This document shows positions 56,710 through 64,000 of a stretch of DNA of 64,000 bases, in pieces. This DNA is from an uncultured Nitrososphaerota archaeon (GTDB lineage Archaea > Thermoproteota > EX4484-205 > JAAOZO01), in the NCBI GenBank assembly GCA_964408285.1, contig CAYOYV010000001.1, positions 128,001 through 192,000 on the forward strand, in the 5' to 3' direction. The notes below the pieces were generated by a model. The model had not been told where the DNA came from, ran no database searches, and saw nothing but the letters and a program-made list of their open reading frames with translations. The translations under genes and the position numbers were made by a program. Positions within the stretch are counted from its first letter, which is position 1. Every line of letters begins with the position of its first letter.

Positions 56710-57969
56710 ACGGTTCGAGAGGACTTTCTGGAAGAAGCCAGGGCTTATCTTCAGAAGAGGCCTGATTTCATTTCGTCAGCTCCAGCTCGAGCGGACCTCT
56801 TCAATACACATCAGGATTACAAGATGCTTCCTGTAGTCCCCGTTGCCCTAAATCTGAGGTTCTACTTCTTCGGAATGCCGATTGAAGATACCAGGATAAT
56901 ATTGCGTCCTGCTGATGTGCGAAGATCTGGAAAGCAGGAGGACCTCCAGATAGATCTGACAGACCCTTCTGAATCATCGCATGACACGGCGGGATACCTG
57001 TCAGCTATATTACGCATTCTCAAGAGATTCCAAAGGGGATTCAGGGCGAAGGGCCTGAAGCTATATGCCAGAAGTGAAATCCCAATAGGTGCCGGGATGG
57101 GATCCAGTGGCGCACTTGAAGTCGCATTTCTGACGGCCCTAAATCGGTTTTTCTCCCTTGGGCTGACAAATGACTCAATTGCAGAATATTCATACCTAGC
57201 AGAAAGCTTCGATCTCGGGATTCCCTGTGGGAGACTCGATCAATACGCTGCGACTTTCGGCGGCGCAATCGTCCTCCACCAACGGCCGATTATATCAGTA
57301 GAAAGGCTGAAACTTCCACCTTTCAGCATGGTCGTCATTGATTCAGGAGAGCAGCACAGAACGGAGGCAATCCACTCTGTGAGGCAAGCAGAGATCGATG
57401 AGGGGCTGGCGGCTTGCCAGTCCTCATCAATGGTGCCAAAAAGTTTCAAGAATAGGCTTGGTCGAACTCACTTCGAGACAGACTGGGAAAACATCAACAG
57501 GGATGAACTCGCTCGCTTTCTGTTCATGGTTCCAGAGAAGTCTGGGAAGAGAATTCTGTTCACCATGCGGATGAACGATTCCACAAAGCTCATCGTTGAT
57601 TTCCTGAAGGCTGGGAAAATAGAAAGAAAGACAGCACTTGAGGTCCTTGGCGAAAGGAGATTCAAGATTCTGGATTCATCAAACTGGGCAGTTCTGGAAA
57701 CTATCGGGGAAACGATGAACCTCCAACACGAGTTGCTACGAGATCTGTATGATGTTAGCACCGACAAGCTGGAAATCCTCAGGGATCTGTCCTTGATGAG
57801 TGGGGGCCTCGGGGTGAAGATAAGCGGGGCCGGTCTTGGCGGCTGCCTGATTGCGCTCGTGAGGGACAAGGATTCCGGCAGATCTGTCAGAGATGCAGTC
57901 ATGGATGGAGGCGCCAAAGATGCTTGGATCTTGGATATTGATCATGGGGCAGAGTATCTGAGTGGATGA
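56710..57969 (+). CDS. GHMP-family sugar kinase (galactokinase-like); start uncertain
   Basis: SAPARADLFNTHQDY lies upstream of the first ATG. IPIGAGMGSSGA, CGRLDQ and KISGAGLGG motifs. Confidence 0.8.
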   Translation, partial: TVREDFLEEARAYLQKRPDFISSAPARADLFNTHQDYKMLPVVPVALNLRFYFFGMPIEDTRIILRPADVRRSGKQEDLQIDLTDPSESSHDTAGYLSAILRILKRFQRGFRAKGLKLYARSEIPIGAGMGSSGALEVAFLTALNRFFSLGLTNDSIAEYSYLAESFDLGIPCGRLDQYAATFGGAIVLHQRPIISVERLKLPPFSMVVIDSGEQHRTEAIHSVRQAEIDEGLAACQSSSMVPKSFKNRLGRTHFETDWENINRDELARFLFMVPEKSGKRILFTMRMNDSTKLIVDFLKAGKIERKTALEVLGERRFKILDSSNWAVLETIGETMNLQHELLRDLYDVSTDKLEILRDLSLMSGGLGVKISGAGLGGCLIALVRDKDSGRSVRDAVMDGGAKDAWILDIDHGAEYLSG

Positions 57970-57972
57970 ACA

Positions 57973-58869
57973 GTGTCAGATCTTAACGTATTGGTCATTG
58001 GGGGACTTACCAAGGACCTCATAAAGAGAAAGAGCGTTCAGAGTCGTCCCGGAGGAGGGGCGTTCTATTGCTCCATTGCCGCAGCCAGAATGGGAGCAAG
58101 TGTGGAGCTTTGGACAGTAGTAGGTGATGAATTCCCGAAGGAGGGGATAGTCCAAATCGAAAGTGAGGGCGTGAGGGTGGTCCAACTTAGGTCGACCAGT
58201 TCCATTGGATTTGTGAACGAAATAGACGAGGTCGGGCATAGAAGACAATGGGTGTCTTCCGTTGCAGATAGGATGATCAATGTTCCGCTCGGACCCCTGA
58301 ATAGGTTCGACTATGTCCAAATCACACCAGTTCTTGGGGAAGTCGATCCGAAGGTCATATCGGCAGTTCCCCCGGGATTAACCGGCGTCGAGATGCAAGG
58401 CTTCCTGAGGAAAAGGGAGATAGGGCCTGTGAGGATGATTCATCCGTCCGAGATGGACGAATTGTTGAAAATGAGACTGCTCGTTCATCTGTCAGAGGAC
58501 GAACTGCTCTATTTCACTGACTCTACGATCTCCGAAGAGCTTCAAAGGCATTCAATAGGGGCGATTGCCCTTACTAGATCCGCAAAGGGATCATTCATCT
58601 TCTCGCGGACAAGTTCATATTTCGTGCCCGCGCCAAGAATAAGGCTCATTGATGATGTTGGTTGTGGCGATGTGTACTCCGTGACAATGGGAATTTCACT
58701 GGCAGATGGAAGACCCCCCCTTGAGGCCGCGATCACGGCTACAAGCGCAGCCACTCTGCTAGCAGAAAGCACCAGAATGGAAAGGCTGAGAAGGGGCGAG
58801 GATTTCGAGAAGCGCGTGTCATTGGTAAGGGACGTCTACCAGAAGTATGGGTTAGCTTCGAAGATCTGA
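57973..58869 (+). CDS. PfkB-family carbohydrate kinase
   Basis: PGGGA...A..G and D.VGCGD motifs. Confidence 0.85.
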   Translation: MSDLNVLVIGGLTKDLIKRKSVQSRPGGGAFYCSIAAARMGASVELWTVVGDEFPKEGIVQIESEGVRVVQLRSTSSIGFVNEIDEVGHRRQWVSSVADRMINVPLGPLNRFDYVQITPVLGEVDPKVISAVPPGLTGVEMQGFLRKREIGPVRMIHPSEMDELLKMRLLVHLSEDELLYFTDSTISEELQRHSIGAIALTRSAKGSFIFSRTSSYFVPAPRIRLIDDVGCGDVYSVTMGISLADGRPPLEAAITATSAATLLAESTRMERLRRGEDFEKRVSLVRDVYQKYGLASKI

Positions 58870-59646
58870 AGGCACCCTCAGGAATACCCCGCCGATTCGT
58901 TTCAACATGGCTCCAAGCTTTGCTCTGGCCTCCTCGACTTTTTGGCGGGCGTTCTTGCCCGTGTAGCTCAGATGAATTCTGATCGGGATTTTCCTAGTCG
59001 TGGAATAGGCCACATGTGTCTTGACATATATTCCTTTGATCTCCTTTCTGACTACTTGAACAATCGGGGCTGCATTGGCTTCCGGTATGCCGCATACGTA
59101 GAGATCGGATTCGGCCGTCATCCTCGGGCCGAGACGTTTCCTAATTCTGGGAATGACCTCGTGTTCCACTATTCCGGCGAATTCCTCGGGCACGCCTGGT
59201 AGTGAGATCAGAATGGTATGGCCTTCCTTAATCAGCACGCCCGGTGCTACTCCAATCCTGTTCCGCAGAGGTGTGGCTCCTTCAGGAAGACGTGCCATCT
59301 TGAGTCTCTCCGGTGTCATCTTGCCCTTGACTGCCCTGCTTGTCCATTCCCTTGCCAACCCATTGACTTTCAATCTTCGACCCAGGGCCTCTGCAATGCC
59401 CTGCAATGTGATGTCATCCCAAGTTGGCCCAAGCCCCCCACATGTTACCACGAACAGCGGGTCCTCCTCAAGTATGGCTTTCAGAACGAGTTGGATCTCA
59501 TCAAGATCGTCCCTGACCGTGTAGCTCCTCGAAATCTCAAATCCAAGAATCTTCAGCCGCCTCCCAAACCAGGTCAAGTTCGTGTCGGCCACTCTTCCAT
59601 CCAACAATTCATTTCCGACAGCGATTACTATAATCTCAGGTCGCAT
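58852..59646 (-). CDS. CinA-N/molybdopterin-binding domain protein
   Basis: GNELLDG...DTN, GGLGPT.DD.T, G.APG and LPGVP.E motifs. Confidence 0.88.
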   Translation of the reverse strand: MRPEIIVIAVGNELLDGRVADTNLTWFGRRLKILGFEISRSYTVRDDLDEIQLVLKAILEEDPLFVVTCGGLGPTWDDITLQGIAEALGRRLKVNGLAREWTSRAVKGKMTPERLKMARLPEGATPLRNRIGVAPGVLIKEGHTILISLPGVPEEFAGIVEHEVIPRIRKRLGPRMTAESDLYVCGIPEANAAPIVQVVRKEIKGIYVKTHVAYSTTRKIPIRIHLSYTGKNARQKVEEARAKLGAMLKRIGGVFLRVPSDLRS

Positions 59647-59700
59647 CCCTATGTCACAGCGGATGAACGGATAAAAGGAGCTTTAAGGTTGTTATCATGA

Positions 59701-60495
59701 ATGACTTCGAGAGCAGAAGAACCTCCTGCATTGTTCATAGTGGGAACAGCTGGAAGCGGAAAGACGAGTCTGGCATCTTCACTTACAGATTGGCTGAACA
59801 GGAGAGGAATATCAACAGAGGCCGTGAATCTGGATCCTGGCGCTGATTTCCTTCCATATGAACCCATTCTCGATGCCAGAGATTTCGTCAACGTCTACGA
59901 GGTAATGGGCGAGAGGGGCCTAGGTCCGAATTCCTCGCTGATCTTGGCTGCCGACATACTTGCGGATCAAGTTGATGAGATGCGGAAGACACTGGCGGAC
60001 TCCACCGCGGACCTCTTCCTGGTTGACACCTCCGGGCAGATAGAGTTGTTCGCTTTCAGATCCAGTGGAACCTATCTGGCAAAGGAGCTGTTCTGGGGGA
60101 GCAAGGCAATCGGCTTTCTGGTCGATGCTCCTTTCTCAATCGACCCGATGAATTTCCTAGCCAACATGTTCTTGCAAAGTGCGGTCTACTCTAGGCTGCT
60201 TCTACCATTGATCACAATTGTGACGAAGGAGGATCTCGTGCGCTCTGAGGACATATCAAGAATATTCAACTGGTCCAGAGATCGAGAGCTTCTTATCTCT
60301 CAGGCACGCGAAGAATATCCTGCACAGAAGTTCATCCACATCGAGTCCGTATTGCGGTCTATACCCGGATTGCCCTTCCTGAGCCGTCCCCTCGTTGTTT
60401 CATCGAATACACTATCTGGCTTCACGGAGCTTTATGCCGAGGTCTCCAGACTGTTCTTCGCTGGCGAGGAAACTGCCACAGGTCCTCCTCATTGA
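59701..60495 (+). CDS. GPN-loop GTPase
   Basis: GTAGSGKT, NLDPG, LGPN and D..GQIE.F motifs. Confidence 0.9.
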   Translation: MTSRAEEPPALFIVGTAGSGKTSLASSLTDWLNRRGISTEAVNLDPGADFLPYEPILDARDFVNVYEVMGERGLGPNSSLILAADILADQVDEMRKTLADSTADLFLVDTSGQIELFAFRSSGTYLAKELFWGSKAIGFLVDAPFSIDPMNFLANMFLQSAVYSRLLLPLITIVTKEDLVRSEDISRIFNWSRDRELLISQAREEYPAQKFIHIESVLRSIPGLPFLSRPLVVSSNTLSGFTELYAEVSRLFFAGEETATGPPH

Positions 60496-60524
60496 GGTAA
60501 ACCATTGAACAAAAGTTTTTAATC

Positions 60525-61424
60525 ATGTTCAGAACGGCTCTTCCAAAGGATTTGAGTCTCATCTCGGAGCTTGGTCTCATACGACAGGAAGCCAGGGAAC
60601 TCGAAAAAGAACTGGAGAAGACAAAGCAGGACCTCAAGGACAAAATACAACGAAAGAACGAATTGCTTGACAAGATAAGGACTCTCAATCAGCAGATAGA
60701 CGAGAATCAGCTGAAGCGGGATCAACTTAACACTCAGGTCAAGGAGACCAAGTCTGAATCCGAGAAGATGCTCGTTGATCTGGATAAGCTCAGAAACGAG
60801 GTTAGGACCAGAGAATCCTTGGTAGACCAATATAGGGCGAAATACAGGATAGGTGAGGGGGAGGCGAGAAAGAGATTATCAGATTTGGAGTGGAGACTTG
60901 TGACTGAGCATCACAATCCCAAAATGGAGTCTTCAATAGTCGCAGAGATAGAAAGGCTTAGGTCGATCCTGTCAAGCTACGAGAGGGCCAAGGCAATGGA
61001 CAAGACTGCAGAAGAATACAGGAAGAAGATGGCTGAGTTCAAGAACGCCATCAACGAAATGAGGAATAGAAGAAGTATGCTTGTGCAACAATCTGACCAA
61101 TATCATAGGCTCTATGTCGATTCGAAGGAAGCGAAGAAGGTGGCTGTAGGTGAATTGGAGGAAGCAAGGTCTGAGATCCAGCAATTGTTTGAGAGGAAGA
61201 ACGAGTTGTTCATGAAGCTGATAGAGCATGATGCCAAGGCGCATCTCATAGTCTCCTCCCTTAGGACCTCACAGCAGTTCGTCCGGAGAGAAAAAGAGAA
61301 GGAGCTGTACCAGGTAAAGGAGCAGATAGCAGAGCAAGTCGACCAGAAGCTGAAGGAGAGAAAGTCTCTTTCACTAGACGAATTAAAGATTTACTATGAG
61401 GTCAAGAAATCGACTTCTGCCTGA
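60525..61424 (+). CDS. Archaeal coiled-coil protein
   Basis: Continuous heptads, LEW...T...E..IV..I and C-terminal LSLDEL. Confidence 0.75.
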   Translation: MFRTALPKDLSLISELGLIRQEARELEKELEKTKQDLKDKIQRKNELLDKIRTLNQQIDENQLKRDQLNTQVKETKSESEKMLVDLDKLRNEVRTRESLVDQYRAKYRIGEGEARKRLSDLEWRLVTEHHNPKMESSIVAEIERLRSILSSYERAKAMDKTAEEYRKKMAEFKNAINEMRNRRSMLVQQSDQYHRLYVDSKEAKKVAVGELEEARSEIQQLFERKNELFMKLIEHDAKAHLIVSSLRTSQQFVRREKEKELYQVKEQIAEQVDQKLKERKSLSLDELKIYYEVKKSTSA

Positions 61425-61489
61425 AAACAGCGCCTTGGGCTTGAGGGAAAACCTTTTCTTAGCGCAATTGGTTGCCCTAATATAAGGCA

Positions 61490-62632
61490 TTGGCTTCCAC
61501 CAAGGAAAAACAGGTGCTTGTGCTTTGTGTGGACCTAGATGACGACATAGGCCAAAAGACCGGCGTAGCCTCTCCTATCGTAGGCAGGGACAACGTTCTC
61601 TCAGCTGGCATAAAGCTAAGCCTTGCGGATCCGGAGGAGTCAGATGCCAATGCGATATTCGCGTCAATCAGGGTCTTTGATAGGATCAGGTCTCAGGGAC
61701 TCAATGGTCAGATCGCCGTTGTTACTGGATCTGCAGACGGCGAGCCGTTTGCCTCTTCAAAGATCATGAGCGAGATATCCAAGATCACTGAAGGTTCCAC
61801 GCCTACCGATGTCTACGTAGTTACGGATGGCTTCGGAGACGAAGATGTCATGCCCGTGATGCAATCGAAGCTGCCGCTTTCTGGCGTCGTGAGGGTGGTT
61901 GTCAAGCACAGCAGGTCAGTTGAGGAATCCTATGTAGTGATAGGGAGATATCTTAAGATGCTAATAGCGGATGAACGGTTCAAGAAATACAGTTTGGGAT
62001 TGACGGGATTCTCAATTCTCCTTTTTAGTGTGTTCGCTCTTGCCAATCTACTAGACCGAGCAATAACAGTGTTCACCCTGCTATTGGGAATTCTGATGCT
62101 CGTGAAGGGTTTCAACCTCGATGTAAGAGCCAAGCATCTTATGAGAAGCATTTTCATGTTGCCGCTGCCCACACCCCTTTTCGCGCTAAGGGTCGGATCA
62201 TTTCTAGTGGGTTACGGCCTGCTTCTTACCGGACTCATAGTCGGCGGATTCGGGGCATATGACACATTGCAGAAACACAATGTACCCTTCGAGCAAATCC
62301 TCTTCAATCTCAACTTGGGCTTCGGCGGTTTTCTGAAAAGTGCCTCGATCTATCTGCTTGCTTCTGCAATCTTCATCCAACTTGCTCGAATAGTCTCATT
62401 CTTCCTAGGTGACTTCGCCGAGTCGAGAAACACCATGATTTCGATAGCGGTGATGGCGTCTCTATATCCTATGGCCATGTGGATGGGAGACTTCCTCATC
62501 TCACCTAGCCTTTTCCTCCAAGCGTTACTCAATGCTGCATTGACGAGCCTTGCCTTGTCGATAGTATCAGTTCTTGCCATAACTGGAATATACAGAGTTG
62601 TATGGGCAAGAAGGAGAGAACAGGAGAGTTGA
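61490..62632 (+). CDS. DUF373-family membrane protein
   Basis: VLCVD.DDD.G.KTG..SP..GR, DPEESD.N and V.DG..DE motifs plus TM segments. Confidence 0.85.
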   Translation: MASTKEKQVLVLCVDLDDDIGQKTGVASPIVGRDNVLSAGIKLSLADPEESDANAIFASIRVFDRIRSQGLNGQIAVVTGSADGEPFASSKIMSEISKITEGSTPTDVYVVTDGFGDEDVMPVMQSKLPLSGVVRVVVKHSRSVEESYVVIGRYLKMLIADERFKKYSLGLTGFSILLFSVFALANLLDRAITVFTLLLGILMLVKGFNLDVRAKHLMRSIFMLPLPTPLFALRVGSFLVGYGLLLTGLIVGGFGAYDTLQKHNVPFEQILFNLNLGFGGFLKSASIYLLASAIFIQLARIVSFFLGDFAESRNTMISIAVMASLYPMAMWMGDFLISPSLFLQALLNAALTSLALSIVSVLAITGIYRVVWARRREQES

Positions 62633-63432
62633 GGTCTTCTATTCTTTCCCTGGTTAGAAGCATAGCCGACATTGGGCCCATACGTAAGCTGTATGAGGAA
62701 ACGCTTCTCAATCAGGTGTCTAAGGGGCCAATGCCGTCCCATGTTGCATTCATATTGGATGGAAACAGACGCTGGGCAAAAGAAAGGGATCTGCCCATAG
62801 CCGCGGGCCACGCACAAGGAGCGAAGAAGCTTGGCGAGGTCCTCTCTTGGCTGTTCGACCTTGACATAAAAACAATAACGGTGTATGCGTTGTCAATCGA
62901 AAACCTGAACAGGCCTTCTGAAGAGATACGGGCGCTCATTGAGATAATGGATACTTACCTAGCGGAAGTTCTAGGGAATGCAAGACTAGAGAAGAGTGGC
63001 GTAAGAGTGAAACTGATAGGCAATTTGGGCTTCCTTCCGGAAAGGACGCGGACACTTGTGCACCAATTGGAGCAGAGGACAGCCAATAACTCGGAATACT
63101 ACTTCAACGTCGCCATAGGGTATGGGGGGAGACAAGAGATAGTCGAGGCCATGAGGAAACTCGCGCAGCTGGTTCAACAGGGGAAAATCGGGATCTCGCA
63201 GATAGATGAGAAAGCTGTCTCCGATCTGCTCTACACTTCGCATCTGCCAAATCCAGAACCGGATATGGTGATTAGGACCTCCGGGGAGTTTCGAACGAGT
63301 AATTTTCTGCTATGGCAAAGCGCATACAGCGAATTCCTTATCCTTGATGTCTATTGGCCGGATTTCAGGAGAATAGATCTCCTCAGGGCAATCAGATCCT
63401 ATCAGAGCAGGGAAAGGCGCTTCGGAACATAG
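62602..63432 (+). CDS. uppS: cis-prenyltransferase (polyprenyl diphosphate synthase)
   Basis: HVAFILDGNRRWA, S.EN..R and IRTSGE.R.SNFLLWQ motifs. Confidence 0.95.
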   Translation: MGKKERTGELRSSILSLVRSIADIGPIRKLYEETLLNQVSKGPMPSHVAFILDGNRRWAKERDLPIAAGHAQGAKKLGEVLSWLFDLDIKTITVYALSIENLNRPSEEIRALIEIMDTYLAEVLGNARLEKSGVRVKLIGNLGFLPERTRTLVHQLEQRTANNSEYYFNVAIGYGGRQEIVEAMRKLAQLVQQGKIGISQIDEKAVSDLLYTSHLPNPEPDMVIRTSGEFRTSNFLLWQSAYSEFLILDVYWPDFRRIDLLRAIRSYQSRERRFGT

Positions 63433-63434
63433 CA

Positions 63435-64000
63435 TCACGTTACGCTCACATATCCGTCCTTCGTAACTATCACGGTGTCTTCACGCCTTGCGCCTCCAGC
63501 ATTCCTAAAGTAGATGCCTGGCTCAACTGTCACGACTGCATTCTCCTTCAGCTTTGCCTCGCTGTTTGAAACGAGGGAGGGCTCCTCATGGATGTCAAGT
63601 CCGACTCCATGACCTAGGCCGTGCAGGATTCCCTCGCGAAAACCATACCTGACAAGGACTTCCTCGGAGGCCAAAACAGATTCGGCGATATTCGCCCCAG
63701 CGACGATCTTGCTGAGAGCGGCCCTTTGTGATTCGGAGACTGCCTTCAACATTGCTTCCATCCGTTCTTCGGCTTTTCCAAATGCCATTGTTCTTGTCAT
63801 ATCCGTCCTATAGCCCCTATACATACTTCCCAGATCCATGACGACGAGATCCCCCTCCCCTATCTTTCTTTCGGTTGGTCGGGCATGGGCAAAACTCGAA
63901 CGGGGCCCAGATCCGACGACCGTCTCAAATCCTTCTCGATCGGCGCCTTGTCTAATCATCTCGATCTGCGCTTGTCTGGCAATCTCGCTTTCCGTCACAC
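63435..64000 (-). CDS. Xaa-Pro aminopeptidase (M24), 5' end beyond window
   Basis: D.G...Y.TD.TRT, HGLGHGVGLDIHE and TVEPGIY...R.ED motifs. Confidence 0.9.
   Translation of the reverse strand, partial: VTESEIARQAQIEMIRQGADREGFETVVGSGPRSSFAHARPTERKIGEGDLVVMDLGSMYRGYRTDMTRTMAFGKAEERMEAMLKAVSESQRAALSKIVAGANIAESVLASEEVLVRYGFREGILHGLGHGVGLDIHEEPSLVSNSEAKLKENAVVTVEPGIYFRNAGGARREDTVIVTKDGYVSVT

Noticed and set aside
1-64000. CRISPR array, rRNA genes, IS transposases, integrase or recognisable defence systems
   Set aside because: No regularly spaced repeats, rRNA signatures or corresponding protein motifs were seen by manual reading.

Overview
Gene-dense archaeal chromosome segment. L38e, the SmAP3-type Lsm, S17e, ABCE1, arcTGT, a histone and BHB-type tRNA introns suggest a TACK-like lineage (inference). 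Most of the window is housekeeping: tgtA, beta-CASP nuclease, AK6, Cgi121, ABCE1, tpiA, argS, P-type ATPase, dinB, CDC48, ppsA, lig, aIF1, GPN GTPase, uppS and three tRNAs. The main points of interest are: (1) an 8.5-kb locus combining a TFB paralog, a Tad/type IV pilus gene set and a membrane-anchored HerA/VirB4-like ATPase, a candidate self-regulated DNA uptake/exchange system; (2) a NagZ + AmiE-like + tandem GNAT + hexosamine mutase cluster resembling bacterial peptidoglycan recycling; (3) a full-length thermosome subunit with degenerate ATP-hydrolysis motifs; (4) an atypical tailed histone; (5) two unannotated branched intergenic RNA structures; (6) a double-intron tRNA-Glu and an orphan tRNA-Arg 3' half; and (7) four micro-ORFs missed by the ORF track. 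All calls come from manual motif recognition; no database searches were run.
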